From contig CAWJSR010000022.1 of assembly GCA_963845515.1 (NCBI GenBank), forward strand, positions 13,900-77,899: a stretch of DNA of 64,000 nucleotides, in the 5' to 3' direction. Shown here in pieces: positions 44,446 to 60,045 of the stretch (position 1 is the stretch's first letter; each line of letters begins with the position of its first letter). The notes beneath the pieces were generated by a model. That model was not told the origin of the DNA. It saw only the letters and a list, made by a program, of their open reading frames with translations, and did no database searches. The stretch is from an uncultured delta proteobacterium. Its GTDB lineage: Bacteria; Myxococcota; Myxococcia; Myxococcales; Anaeromyxobacteraceae. The translations under genes were made by a program, and so were the position numbers.

Positions 44446-46215
44446 ATGAATACGACGGTCCCCAGGCGGACCGAGCAGCCGGCAGAGGCAGAGATCGTCG
44501 AGCGGCTCCAGTGGCTGCTCCGCCTGCGCTGGCTGATCGTGCCGGTCTTCGTCGCGGTCGACCTGGCCAGCGACCTGCTCAACGCCCGGCGCGCGCCGTG
44601 GATCGCGCTCGTCGTCGGCGGGCTGCTCCTCGGGGCCAACGGCATCTACGGGTGGCTGCTCGGCCGGAGGTATCGGCTCTCGACGCTCCTCGTCTGGGCC
44701 CGCTTCGAGGCCGCGGCGGTCGTCGCCGTCCCGATCGTCGTCGTCCTGATCCACGGCGAGCCGGCGAGCCCCCTCCGGTACGGGGTCCTGGTGGGCGTGG
44801 TGGGCGCTGCCGCCATCCTCCCGACCACGACGGAGGTGACCCTCATCGGCGCGTGGGCGGTCGCCGCCCTCATCACCGCGGACGCGTGGCTCCTCGGGTT
44901 CGACTCCGGCCTGATCGACCAGGCGGTCGTCGCGCGGTGGACCATCGAGGCGGGGGTCACCATGACCGTCGCGATCCTGGCCGGATACCTCCACTCGACG
45001 CGGGACTGGGCGTCCGTGCGGTTGCGCTCGGCGCAGGAGCAGCTCGACCGGGCGCGGGCCGAGTGGGAGGCGACGTTCGACGACCTCCACGAGATGATCT
45101 TCATCGTCGACGCGGAGCAGCGCGTCGTCCGGGCCAATCGGGCCTTCGCGAGGATCCTCGGCGCCCGCCCCCACGAGCTGGCGGGGCGGCGGCTGCCCGA
45201 GCTGCTCGCGGGGCACCCGGAGCGCTGGTGGCTCTCGACCGGCGAGGGCTTCGCCGAGATCGAGGACCCCATCTTCGACACGTCCTTCGAGCTGAGCACC
45301 TCGCGCCGGGGGGACCGGTCGATCTGCGTCGCGCGCGACGTCGGCGAGCAGCGCCGCCTCTTCGCGCGGCTGGTCCAGGCCGACAAGCTGGCCGGCGTGG
45401 GCGTCCTGGCCTCCGGCGTCGCCCACGAGATCAACAACCCGACCGCCGTCGTGACCTCCAACCTCAGCGAGCTGAAGCGCTACGTGGAGACCTGGGAGGC
45501 GACGATCGACGACCTCGCCGCCATCGCCGGCGGCGAGGGGGACGACGGCCGGGCGGCGGCGGCGCTCGCGCGGCCGGAGTTCGTCTTTGCCCGCCGTGAG
45601 GCCAGGGGCACGGTCGAGGAGAGCCTCACCGCCATGGAGCGCATCTCGCTCATCGTCGGCAACCTCCGCTCGGTGGTGCGGCGCGAGCCCGTCGGCGAGT
45701 CGGCCACGGCGGTCGACCTCGCCGAGGTCGTGCAGGCCGTCGCGCGCACGGCGGCGGCGGACCTGCGGCGCACCGGCGCCGACGTCAAGGTCGAGCCGAA
45801 CGTCTGGGTGCTCGGCCACCGCGGAGAGCTGGTCGACGTGGTCCTCAACCTCGTGGTGAACGCCATCCAGGCGGCCGCCGAGGGGCGGGCCAACCTGATC
45901 ACCATCGAGTGCCGCCGCGAGGGCCCGACCGCCCTCGTCCGCGTCCGGGACACCGGCAAGGGGATCCCGCCGGGCTTCATGCGCCGGCTCTTCGAGCCCT
46001 TCATCACCGCGCGCGCCGCCACCGAGGGGCCCGGCATCGGCCTTCCGCTGGCGCGCAAGATCGTCCTCGCCCACGCAGGCACGATCGACATCGCGAGCGA
46101 CGAGGGGGCCGGGTCGACCTTCACCGTGCGCCTGCCGATCCTCGAGACCGACGCGGTCCAGCGCTCGGGCCGCTCGCCGCGGGCCCCGCCGAAGTCCTCC
46201 CCGCTCCCCCACTGA
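44446..46215 (+). CDS. Membrane-bound PAS-domain sensor histidine kinase
   Basis: About 5 TMs, EWEATFD..IFIVD..RANRAF (PAS), GVAHEINNP, NLVVNA, DTGKG and GIGL. Confidence 0.9.
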   Translation: MNTTVPRRTEQPAEAEIVERLQWLLRLRWLIVPVFVAVDLASDLLNARRAPWIALVVGGLLLGANGIYGWLLGRRYRLSTLLVWARFEAAAVVAVPIVVVLIHGEPASPLRYGVLVGVVGAAAILPTTTEVTLIGAWAVAALITADAWLLGFDSGLIDQAVVARWTIEAGVTMTVAILAGYLHSTRDWASVRLRSAQEQLDRARAEWEATFDDLHEMIFIVDAEQRVVRANRAFARILGARPHELAGRRLPELLAGHPERWWLSTGEGFAEIEDPIFDTSFELSTSRRGDRSICVARDVGEQRRLFARLVQADKLAGVGVLASGVAHEINNPTAVVTSNLSELKRYVETWEATIDDLAAIAGGEGDDGRAAAALARPEFVFARREARGTVEESLTAMERISLIVGNLRSVVRREPVGESATAVDLAEVVQAVARTAAADLRRTGADVKVEPNVWVLGHRGELVDVVLNLVVNAIQAAAEGRANLITIECRREGPTALVRVRDTGKGIPPGFMRRLFEPFITARAATEGPGIGLPLARKIVLAHAGTIDIASDEGAGSTFTVRLPILETDAVQRSGRSPRAPPKSSPLPH

Positions 46216-46230
46216 GGGAGCGGGCTCCCG

Positions 46231-48213
46231 CTAGCTCTCCCACCAGGCGCGCGCCTCCGCCACCGTCCGGCAGAGCGGGGCCGGGGGGAGCGTCGCGAGG
46301 AAGGCGCGGCCGTAGCTCTTCGTGACCAGCCGCCGGTCGAGCACCGCGACGATCCCGCGGTCGGCGCGTGTCCGGATCAGCCGGCCGAACCCCTGCTTCA
46401 GCGCGAGCGCCGCGGCCGGGACCTGGAGCTCACCGAAGCCGCTCCTCCCCTCCTCCTCCAGCGCCCTCACCCGCGCCGCCATGACCGGATCGTTGGGCGG
46501 CGCGAACGGCAGGCGGTCGATGATGACGAGCGAGAGCGGATCCCCGGGGACGTCGACCCCTTCCCAGAAGCTCTGGGTCGCGAAGAGGACCGAGGGCTCC
46601 TCCTGGAACGCCTGCAGCAGCTTCCCCTTCGGGCGCTCCCCCTGGATCAGGATCTGGTACGGGAGCCCGCGCGAGGCCGCGTACAGCGCCTGCATGTTCC
46701 GGATGGAGGTGCAGAGGACGAACGCCCGCCCACCGGTGATGGCGGTCAGCTCGCGGATCGCCTCGGCGGCGGCGGGGATGAAGCCGGGTGCGTTCGGCTC
46801 CGGCAGCCCCTCCGGCGCGACCAGCGCCGCCTGCCGGGAGTAGTCGAACGGCCCGTCGTAGCGCGCCTCCTCCACCTCGAAGAGGTCCGGCGAGAGCCCC
46901 ATCTGGCGCCGGAAGAAGTCGAACTTCCCCTGCGCGGCGAGGGTCGCGCTGGTGAAGATCACCGTGTCCGTGCGCCGGTAGAGCCGCTCCACCAGCTCCT
47001 CCGCGACGTCGATGGGGGCCGCGCGCAGGAAGACGCCCCGCCCACGGACCTCCGCGAAGTAGACGCGCGAGGGCTCCTTCATCGCCGTCACCGCGAGCAG
47101 CTCCACGCGCAGCTCGCCGGCGCGGCGCGCGATCTGCGCGAGGGCCGGGCTCTCCGCCTCGGTGAGCGCGTCGCGCAGCGTCCCGAGCGCGTCGTCGAGC
47201 CGGGCCTGCTCCGGCGCGAGCGGGTCGACGACGTCGGGGCCGATGGTCGCGCGCAGCCCCTCCTCCTCGTCCGGCGTCCGCCGCTGGCCGTGCGCGCGCC
47301 GCTGCTGCAGCCGCTCCGCCGACGGCCGCCCGCGGAGCCCGTCGGCCAGCGCGCCGAAGAAGCGCTCGCCGGCGCGGCGCAGCTCGCCCGTCTGCTCGCG
47401 CAGCATCGACGCGAGGTCCGGCCGGTCGGCCACCGCGCGCAGCGCGTCGCGCACCAGCTCCTCCACGCGGAAGGAGGAGACCTGGAGGCCGAAGTAGTCG
47501 GTGGCCACGTCCTCGAGCGCGTGGGCCTCGTCGAAGACGACCGCGTCGTACTCGGGGAGGACCTCCACCCCGGCGCGCGACGTCCGCATCGCCAGGTCGG
47601 CGAAGAAGAGGTGGTGGTTGACGAGGAGGACGTCGGCCGACGCCGCGCGGGCGCGCGCCTTCGTGACGAAGCACTCGTCCCAGAACGGGCACTCGCGCCC
47701 GAGGCAGGTGTCGGCGGTCGCCGAGAGGTCGCGCCAGGTGGCGAACTGGTCGGGGAGGTCGATCTCGCTCCGGTCCCCCGTCTCGGTGGAGCCGAGCCAC
47801 GCCTGGATCCGCGGCCAGAGTTGGGCCTCCTCGCGGATCGCGAAGGTCGGCGCCCGGGCGAACGCCTCGCCCCGCTCGAGGCAGAAGTAGTTGGCCCGGC
47901 CCTTCAGGTAGGCGGCGTCGAACTCCAGGCCGGCCTTCCCGCGCAGCAGCGGGAGATCCTTGAACCAGATCTGCTCCTGGAGCGTCTTGGTGGCGGTCGA
48001 GACGACGACGCGGCGCCCCGAGAGCGCGGCCGGGACGAGGTAGGCGAGGGTCTTCCCCGTGCCCGTCCCCGCCTCGGCCACGAGGTACCCGTGCGACGAC
48101 AGGGCGCGCTCCACGGCGTGCGCCATGGAGAGCTGGTCCGCGCGGTGCTCGTACCCGGGTAGCGCCTGCGCGAGCCGCCCACCGGCCCCCAGGATCTCCT
48201 CGATGTCCGCCAC
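46231..48213 (-). CDS. ATP-dependent DNA helicase, DinG/YoaA family
   Basis: EAGTGTGKT, KGRANYFC with Fe-S cysteines, FDEAH, TSATL, FWEGVDVPG and QGFGRLIR. Confidence 0.95.
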   Translation of the reverse strand: MADIEEILGAGGRLAQALPGYEHRADQLSMAHAVERALSSHGYLVAEAGTGTGKTLAYLVPAALSGRRVVVSTATKTLQEQIWFKDLPLLRGKAGLEFDAAYLKGRANYFCLERGEAFARAPTFAIREEAQLWPRIQAWLGSTETGDRSEIDLPDQFATWRDLSATADTCLGRECPFWDECFVTKARARAASADVLLVNHHLFFADLAMRTSRAGVEVLPEYDAVVFDEAHALEDVATDYFGLQVSSFRVEELVRDALRAVADRPDLASMLREQTGELRRAGERFFGALADGLRGRPSAERLQQRRAHGQRRTPDEEEGLRATIGPDVVDPLAPEQARLDDALGTLRDALTEAESPALAQIARRAGELRVELLAVTAMKEPSRVYFAEVRGRGVFLRAAPIDVAEELVERLYRRTDTVIFTSATLAAQGKFDFFRRQMGLSPDLFEVEEARYDGPFDYSRQAALVAPEGLPEPNAPGFIPAAAEAIRELTAITGGRAFVLCTSIRNMQALYAASRGLPYQILIQGERPKGKLLQAFQEEPSVLFATQSFWEGVDVPGDPLSLVIIDRLPFAPPNDPVMAARVRALEEEGRSGFGELQVPAAALALKQGFGRLIRTRADRGIVAVLDRRLVTKSYGRAFLATLPPAPLCRTVAEARAWWES

Positions 48214-48219
48214 CCGGGC

Positions 48220-50316
48220 CTACCCCCCCGGCTTCGCGCCCGCGGCCAGCTCGGCCGCGGTCATCTCGCGGAGCCCGTTGGCGTCGACGGTCAGGAAGAA
48301 GAGCTCCTTCTCGGGCATCCGGCGCGCGTCGAAGGTGATGTCCCCGGTGGCGCCCTTGAAGCCGCGGACGCTGGCGAGCCCGTCGCGGACAGCCTGCCGG
48401 CTCTTGGTGCGCGCCTGGTCGATGACGCCGCGCGCCATCCTGGCGGCGTCGTAGGCGCTCGCCTCGAGGATGGTCGGGGCGGAGTTCTGGCCGTACCTCC
48501 GCCGATAGGCGTCGACGAAGCGCTTGGTCTCTGCGCGCGCGGAGCCCGCGTAGAACCCGTCGACGTAGATGGCGCAGCGGACGTGACGGCCGACCGCACC
48601 CGGGGACTGGTCGAAGAGCGTCTCGTCGACTCCCCACGCGTTGCCGCCGAAGAGCTGCACCGCCTTGAGGCCGGGGCGCCCCGTCGTCTTGGCGATCCTC
48701 GCGACCTCCTCCTTGTCGCAGGTCTGCGAGACCACGTCCTCGACCGCGAGCGCAGGGGCGATCAGCTTCACGCTCTTCGCCTGGTCCGGGATGAAGACCG
48801 CGTCGAAGTCGGTGACCGGCGCGAGCTTCGCGAGCAGCTTCTCGACCGCCTTCCTGCGGCGGAACGCGTCCCGCTCGTTCTTCCCCGCCTCGCGCGCCGC
48901 CGCCTGGAAGTCGGACCGCTCCTCGAGGTAGAGCTTCCCGACCATGCTCTTCACGAGCGGCGTGAAGGTGGTCCTGTCCGACGAGTAGGTCTCGGCCGCG
49001 CGGATCTCGCCGCCGCGCGCCTCGACCTCGTCCCAGAAGGCGTTGGCGAGCTCCACCCCGTACGGGATCGACGGGTAGAACAGCGCGAAGCTGTGCATCC
49101 CGCGCTTCTCCATCGCGAACCGGGCCAGCGCCTTCGCCTGGGCGCTCGCCGTGAGCATGTTCTGGAAGACGAAGGGGCCCGCGTCGGTGACGCCGTCCTG
49201 CTTGGAGAGGGACAGGAACGGGATCTGGAGCTCCTCCGCGGTCGCGGCCGACCGCTCCGCCTCCGCGTTGGTGACGCCGCCCACGACGACGATCGCCCCC
49301 TCCTCCAGCGCCAGCGCCTCTATGGCGGCGGCCGCCCCGTCGGGCTCGCCCCGCGTGTCCCGGGAGACCACGCGCAGGGGGCTCCCCTCGCCGAGCGCGA
49401 GCGCGATCCCCTGCAGGATCGCCTCGCCCCAGCGCTTGTAGTTTCCGGAGAGCGGCACGGCGACGCCGATGACGTCCGGGCGCGAGAAGGTGAGGCGGCC
49501 GACCCGCTCGACGAGCGCCTTCGCGTCGGCGGCCCACGGCGAGTCCGACCAGCGCAGGTACACCTCGCGGGCTGACGCCTCGGCGCTCGCGAAGTCGCGC
49601 AGGTGGAGCTGGATCCTGGCCAGCTTCATCACCACCGCCGGCATCACCGGTGAGTCGGCTGGGAGCTCCTCCTTCAGCCGCGCGACGTCGATGAAGGCGA
49701 GCCGGCCGTCTATCACCTCCGCCGCACGCCCCACCGCGGCGGCGCGCGCCTCGCCTGTGGTGACGGCGGCCGCCTCGACCAGCCAGCGCAGCTCCGCCTG
49801 CCAGTCGCGCAGCGACGCCGCGGCGGTGGCGGCCGACAGCGCCGCCTCGGCGCGCTGCCCGCCCTGCAGCCGCGGCCAGAGCGACGCGAGCGTGGCGAGC
49901 CCGTCCGCGGCCCGTCCGGCGGCGACGTTGGCGAGGGCCAGGTCGAACCTGGCGTCCTCCGCCCCCGAGTAGAGGGGATACTCGGTGACCACCCGCTGGA
50001 GCGCGACTGCGGCGCGCTCCGGCTGGCCGGCGGCGCGCCAGCGGCGCGCGGCCTCGTGGAGCGCCTCCGCCCCTGCGGGGACGCCCGGGTGACGCGCGGC
50101 GAAGCTCTCCAGCCGCTGCGCGGCGTCAGCGTCGGGCCGCTGCGCGACGTCGGCGCGGAGCGCCGTCAGCTCGTCGGGAGTCCCCTCCTCCGGCTCGGCG
50201 GCGGGCGGCTCGAACCCGCCGACGGCGCCGACGGCGCCGGTGGTGCCGCTGGGGCAGCCGGTGAGGAAGGCCGCGAAGGCGAGGAGGGCGACGGCGCGTG
50301 CTCCGGTCGTGCGCAT
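48220..50316 (-). CDS. LpoA/LppC-like lipoprotein (TPR-like region + periplasmic-binding-protein domain)
   Basis: Lipobox FLTGC, helical repeats, IGVAVPLSG, AYDAA and FKGATGDITF. Confidence 0.8.
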   Translation of the reverse strand: MRTTGARAVALLAFAAFLTGCPSGTTGAVGAVGGFEPPAAEPEEGTPDELTALRADVAQRPDADAAQRLESFAARHPGVPAGAEALHEAARRWRAAGQPERAAVALQRVVTEYPLYSGAEDARFDLALANVAAGRAADGLATLASLWPRLQGGQRAEAALSAATAAASLRDWQAELRWLVEAAAVTTGEARAAAVGRAAEVIDGRLAFIDVARLKEELPADSPVMPAVVMKLARIQLHLRDFASAEASAREVYLRWSDSPWAADAKALVERVGRLTFSRPDVIGVAVPLSGNYKRWGEAILQGIALALGEGSPLRVVSRDTRGEPDGAAAAIEALALEEGAIVVVGGVTNAEAERSAATAEELQIPFLSLSKQDGVTDAGPFVFQNMLTASAQAKALARFAMEKRGMHSFALFYPSIPYGVELANAFWDEVEARGGEIRAAETYSSDRTTFTPLVKSMVGKLYLEERSDFQAAAREAGKNERDAFRRRKAVEKLLAKLAPVTDFDAVFIPDQAKSVKLIAPALAVEDVVSQTCDKEEVARIAKTTGRPGLKAVQLFGGNAWGVDETLFDQSPGAVGRHVRCAIYVDGFYAGSARAETKRFVDAYRRRYGQNSAPTILEASAYDAARMARGVIDQARTKSRQAVRDGLASVRGFKGATGDITFDARRMPEKELFFLTVDANGLREMTAAELAAGAKPGG

Positions 50317-50330
50317 GGCCCTCCCGTTTA

Positions 50331-51458
50331 TCACTTCTGGTCGTCGCGCAGGAGGCCCGCGACCTTCTCCCAGAAGGTGCGCGACTGCGGCAGCGAATCC
50401 TTGCCCGAGATCTCGGCGAAGCGCTCGAGCAGCTCACGCTGCTCCTTGTTGAGCTGCGCCGGTACCTCCACGTAGACGCGGACGTGCTGATCGCCGCGGC
50501 CGCCGCCCTGCAGCGACGGGATCCCCTTCCCCTTCAGGCGGAAGACCTTCCCGCTCTGCGTGCCGGCGGGGATCTTGAGCTTCGACGTGCCGTCGAGCGT
50601 CGGGACGTCGAGCGTCGCCCCGAGCGCCGCCTGCGAGAAGGTGATGGGGACGTCGCAGACCACCTCGGTGTCCTCGCGGCGGAAGATGGCGTGCTCGCGC
50701 ACCGAGAGGACGACGAAGAGGTCTCCGGGGAGGCCGCCCGGGGTCGGCGCCGGCTCCCCCTCGCCCGAGAGCTTCATGCGGGTGCCGGTGTCGACGCCGG
50801 CCGGGATCTTCACCTCGACCGACGCCACCTCGCGCTTCGACCCGGCGCCGCCGCAGGTGGCGCACTTGTCGGTGATCACGCGCCCCGACCCGCCGCAGTG
50901 GTGGCACGTCCTGGCGATCGAGAAGAAGCCCTGCGTCAGCCGGACCTGGCCGGAGCCGCCGCAGGTCGCGCACGTCTTCGGGCTCGTCCCCGGCTTCGCG
51001 CCCGAGCCCTGGCAGGTCTCGCACCGCCTCGGCCGCGGGATCTCGAGCCGCGCGGTGGTGCCGAAGGCCGCGGCCTCGAACGAGATCTCCAGGTCGTAGC
51101 GGAGGTCCGAGCCGCGGGCGCGCGCGCTGCGCCCTCGCCCGCGCTGCGCGCCGAACATCTCGCCGAAGATGTCCCCGAAGATGTCGTTGATGGAGGAGGC
51201 GCCGCCGAAGCCGAAGCCCTCCTCGAAGGGCACGCCCCCCGCGCCGTGGCCGAACCGGTCGTAGCGCGCCCGCTTCTCCTTGTCGGACAGGACCGCGTAG
51301 GCCTCGGTCAGCTCCTTGAACTTCTCCTCGGCCGCCTTGTCCCCGGAGTTCTTGTCGGGGTGGTACTGGTGGGCGAGCTTCCGGTAGGCGCTCTTGAGCG
51401 CCGCCTCGTCAGAGTCGCGCCCGACACCCAGGATCTCGTAGTAGTCGCGCTTTTCCAA
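50331..51458 (-). CDS. dnaJ: Chaperone DnaJ
   Basis: TTG start, [15 protein letters not shown] region and four CxxCxGxG repeats. Confidence 0.97.
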   Translation of the reverse strand: MEKRDYYEILGVGRDSDEAALKSAYRKLAHQYHPDKNSGDKAAEEKFKELTEAYAVLSDKEKRARYDRFGHGAGGVPFEEGFGFGGASSINDIFGDIFGEMFGAQRGRGRSARARGSDLRYDLEISFEAAAFGTTARLEIPRPRRCETCQGSGAKPGTSPKTCATCGGSGQVRLTQGFFSIARTCHHCGGSGRVITDKCATCGGAGSKREVASVEVKIPAGVDTGTRMKLSGEGEPAPTPGGLPGDLFVVLSVREHAIFRREDTEVVCDVPITFSQAALGATLDVPTLDGTSKLKIPAGTQSGKVFRLKGKGIPSLQGGGRGDQHVRVYVEVPAQLNKEQRELLERFAEISGKDSLPQSRTFWEKVAGLLRDDQK

Positions 51459-51483
51459 GTAATCCCGGGGTCTTGTGTGTGAG

Positions 51484-51530
51484 GGAGCCGCTCGCCCGTG
51501 CGGAATATAACGCACGGACGGCTCCTGACA
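51484..51530 (-). promoter_or_regulatory. Stem-loop/palindrome enclosing a putative dnaJ promoter (TTGTCA-N16-TATATT)
   Basis: GGAGCCG..CCGTGCG-GAATATAA-CGCACGG.CGGCTCC at 51484-51525, with the -10-like hexamer in the loop. Confidence 0.45.
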
Positions 51531-51563
51531 AACGCCGCGGGGGCGATCACCGCCGATCGTTTC

Positions 51564-51600
51564 CCCTCTCCCTCATCGAGGGAGAGGGACGGGGTGAGGG
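51564..51600. repeat. REP-like palindromic repeat
   Basis: CCCTCTCCCTC-ATC-GAGGGAGAGGG-AC-GGGGTGAGGG just after the dnaK stop. Confidence 0.78.
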
Positions 51601-51614
51601 AGAGGGGATGACGC

Positions 51615-53444
<1,830 letters not shown>

Positions 53445-53499
53445 TCGTTCCGCTCCCCGTCGCGCCGTCGACCCCGCTACCGCCCCGGCGTCACATCGT

Positions 53500-54165
53500 T
53501 CATTCGTTCGACCCGCTGCCCGCGTCCGTGGGTGGCGCGACGGCCACTCCGACGAGCGCGGGGCGGACGAGTCGGTCGTTCAGCGTGAAGCCCCGCGCGT
53601 GCTCCACGACCACCGTCCCCGGCGGCGCGTCGGCGGTCGGCACCTGCATGAGCGCCTCGTGCAGCGCGGGGTCGAACGGCTGCCCCAGCGCGCTGAAGCC
53701 CTTGACGCCGTATCGGCCGAGCACCTGCTCGAAGGTCGACCGGACGAGGTTCACGCCGGTCGCCAGCGGATCGCCGGCAGGCACGACGGACAGCGCGCGA
53801 TCCAGGTTGTCGAGCACCGGCAGCAGATCCTTGAGGAGCCGCTCGTTGCCGAACTTCTGGAGCTCCTCCTTCTCGCGCTGCGCGCGCTTCTTGTAGTTCT
53901 CGAGGTCCGCCGCGGCGCGCAGCATCCGCTCGTGCGCCTCCTTGAGCCGCTCCATGGTCTCGCGGGACTTCTCCTGCGAGAGCTCGAGCTGCGCGCGGAG
54001 CCCCTCGGCGTCGGCCGGCCCACCCTCTCCGGACGTGATCTCGACGGGGACCTCCGTCTCCTCGGAAGGCGGCGGCGCGTTGCGCTCGACCGAGCGCACG
54101 GCGTCGTCCATGACCTCGGACGGGATCTCGGTCTTGAAGCTTCCCTTGGGGCGCTTGTCAGCCAT
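53500..54165 (-). CDS. grpE: Nucleotide exchange factor GrpE
   Basis: [31 protein letters not shown] and RLVRPALV. Confidence 0.96.
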   Translation of the reverse strand: MADKRPKGSFKTEIPSEVMDDAVRSVERNAPPPSEETEVPVEITSGEGGPADAEGLRAQLELSQEKSRETMERLKEAHERMLRAAADLENYKKRAQREKEELQKFGNERLLKDLLPVLDNLDRALSVVPAGDPLATGVNLVRSTFEQVLGRYGVKGFSALGQPFDPALHEALMQVPTADAPPGTVVVEHARGFTLNDRLVRPALVGVAVAPPTDAGSGSNE

Positions 54166-54270
54166 TCCGCTCGTCGCGTTGGAGGGGGGTGCGTGCCTGC
54201 GAGTGACCGGTGATTTTGTCACACGGGTCGGGGACGGGACAAGCACCCGGTGGACGAGGACCGCTGGCGG

Positions 54271-55338
54271 TCAGCCGTCGCCGATAGAGGAGAGCGCACG
54301 CGAGATCTCCCGCGCGGTCGCCTCGACGAGCGGGATCACCCGCGCGTAGTCCATGCGCGTCGGCCCGACGACGGCCAGCGTCCCGAGCACACTCGCGCCC
54401 CGAACGTAGGGGGCGGCCACGACCGACACGTCCGCGAGCCCGGCGAACTCGCTCTCTGCGCCGATGAAGATCTGGACCTCCTGCGCGCGCAGCACGCGGT
54501 CGAGCACGCGCAGGATGCGGTCCTTCTCGGCGAAGGTCCTGAGGAGCGTCCGCGCCTTCTGGACCTCCCCGAACTCCGGAGCGTCCAGGAAGCTCGACTC
54601 CCCCTCGACGAAGACCCGCTCCTCCGCCTGGGCACCGGCGAAGGTCTGCTCGGCGAGCGCGAGCGCCTTGGCGAGCAGCCCCTGGAGCGCCGAGTGGTCG
54701 GCGCGCATGTCCTCCAGGATCCGGTCGCGCACCGACGAGAGCGACCCGACCACCTCCGCGGCGGCCCGCAGCTTCTCGTTCAGGTAGTTGGCCGCCTGCT
54801 CCAGCTCGGCGGGATCCAGGGGAAAGTCGAGCTGGACCAGCTTGTTCGTGACGATCCCGGCGCCCGAGACGAAGACCGCGAGCACCCGGTTCTCGCGCAG
54901 CCGGACGAACTCGACGCGACGGACCGGGTCGGCGCTCGGGGCGGGCGTCGTGACGACGCCGGCGTGATGTGACAGCGAGTGCAGGAGGTCGGCCGTCCCC
55001 TCGAGCAGCGTCGTCACGTCGGACGCGTCGTGGGCGAGCTTCTCGATCCGCTCACGGTCCGCGGCCGGCGGCGGCCGGACGCGCAGGAGCGTCTCGACGT
55101 AGAGCCTGTAGCCGCTCGCGGTCGGGACGCGCCCCGACGAGGCGTGCGGCTTCTCGAGGAAGCCCAGCGCCTCGAGATCGGCCATGACGCTCCGGATCGT
55201 CGCTGGCGAGCACTCGAGCTCGTGGCGCGCGAGGAGGGACTGGCTCGCAACCGGCTCACCCGAGCGGATGTGATCCTGGACGAGCGCGCGGAGGATGTCG
55301 CGCTCCCGCTTGTCCAGCTCGCCTCCCGGACCGGCCAT
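54271..55338 (-). CDS. hrcA: Heat-inducible transcription repressor HrcA
   Basis: [40 protein letters not shown] and VGPTRMDY. Confidence 0.96.
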   Translation of the reverse strand: MAGPGGELDKRERDILRALVQDHIRSGEPVASQSLLARHELECSPATIRSVMADLEALGFLEKPHASSGRVPTASGYRLYVETLLRVRPPPAADRERIEKLAHDASDVTTLLEGTADLLHSLSHHAGVVTTPAPSADPVRRVEFVRLRENRVLAVFVSGAGIVTNKLVQLDFPLDPAELEQAANYLNEKLRAAAEVVGSLSSVRDRILEDMRADHSALQGLLAKALALAEQTFAGAQAEERVFVEGESSFLDAPEFGEVQKARTLLRTFAEKDRILRVLDRVLRAQEVQIFIGAESEFAGLADVSVVAAPYVRGASVLGTLAVVGPTRMDYARVIPLVEATAREISRALSSIGDG

Positions 55339-55354
55339 CGCGTCCCCCGCGCCG

Positions 55355-56083
55355 CTACTGCTCGGCCAGGTGGCGCGCCGCGGCCGTCGCGAGTGACGGG
55401 AAGCGGCCCTGCGAGAGCTCGCGGAAGAGGGGCTCGGCGCGCGCGCGGTCACCCGCGCTCGACGCGAGGAGCGCGGCGAGGTGCACCTTCTCCTCGCTCT
55501 GGACCATGACGAGCGAGTCGCGCACGGCGCCGTCGGGGTCGAGGCGGACGGCCTCGCGCAGCGCGTCGCGCGCGCCGTCGAAGTCCCCGCGGCCATCGGC
55601 CAGGAGCGCGAGCGCGTAGTGTGGCGCGGCCCGCGACGGATCGATGGAGCGCGCCGTCTCGAGGTGGGCGACCGCGGCAGTGAGGTAGCCCTCGATCGCG
55701 TAGAGCTCGCCGAGGTTCACGAGGGCCGCCTGCTGCACGCGCCCGTCCCCCTCGGCGATCGCCGCGTCGAGCAGCTGCCTGGCCGCGTCGAAGTGGCCGT
55801 CGATCGCGTAGGCCACCGCGAGGTCGATCAGCGGGTCGAGCCGATCCGGGTCGGCGGAGAGGTCGGCCTCGAGGGCGTTGCGGGCGCCGTTCAGGTCGCC
55901 CGACTGAAGGCGTGAGGCGGTCCCCGCGGACGACGCGACGGCCAGTACGGGGGTCGCGTCGGCCCGATCCGTGAGGCGCGGGTCGGCCGAGCCGCCGCAC
56001 GCGGCCAGCGCGAGCGTGGCGAGCGCGGCAAACTTCCCGAGTGGTGACGCAGCCTTGGACAAGGACCCTTCCCCGGGCGCCAC
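55355..56083 (-). CDS. TPR-repeat lipoprotein
   Basis: Lipobox LAACG and TPR-like repeats ([27 protein letters not shown]). The start codon is uncertain. Confidence 0.75.
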   Translation of the reverse strand: MAPGEGSLSKAASPLGKFAALATLALAACGGSADPRLTDRADATPVLAVASSAGTASRLQSGDLNGARNALEADLSADPDRLDPLIDLAVAYAIDGHFDAARQLLDAAIAEGDGRVQQAALVNLGELYAIEGYLTAAVAHLETARSIDPSRAAPHYALALLADGRGDFDGARDALREAVRLDPDGAVRDSLVMVQSEEKVHLAALLASSAGDRARAEPLFRELSQGRFPSLATAAARHLAEQ

Positions 56084-56106
56084 CCGCTGGGGCGCGCCAC
56101 CAGTGG

Positions 56107-56135
56107 AGTCTAATGGCGGGTGCCCCCGTGATCAA
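56107..56135 (-). promoter_or_regulatory. Putative promoter TTGATC-N17-TAGACT for the TPR-hrcA-grpE-dnaK unit
   Basis: -35 at 56135-56130 and -10 at 56112-56107. Confidence 0.55.
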
Positions 56136-56233
56136 GGAAGCGCCGGCCAGCCTATCGGGTCGCCGAAGGCTGCGAACGGTCGACAGGGGCCGGCCCGTGC
56201 CGTAAATACCGCGCGGCCGCCTCGCCTTCATCG

Positions 56234-59896
<3,663 letters not shown>

Positions 59897-60045
59897 GGCC
59901 GGGCCCCCTCCGATCCTTGATCCGGGCGTGCATCCGTGCTCTTTTTCGACCGCTCACGCCCGCGGAAATTCCTTGGAAGAACGCTCCGGTCCCGCGCGTT
60001 CAAGCGACAGTCTTCCACACGTCTCCCCTCAAAGGAGCCTCGCCC

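Noticed and set aside
33323..51600. G/C-rich palindromes as a CRISPR array or integron attC sites
   Set aside because: There are only three dispersed copies with no regular spacers and no cas or integrase gene. They were treated as REP-like.
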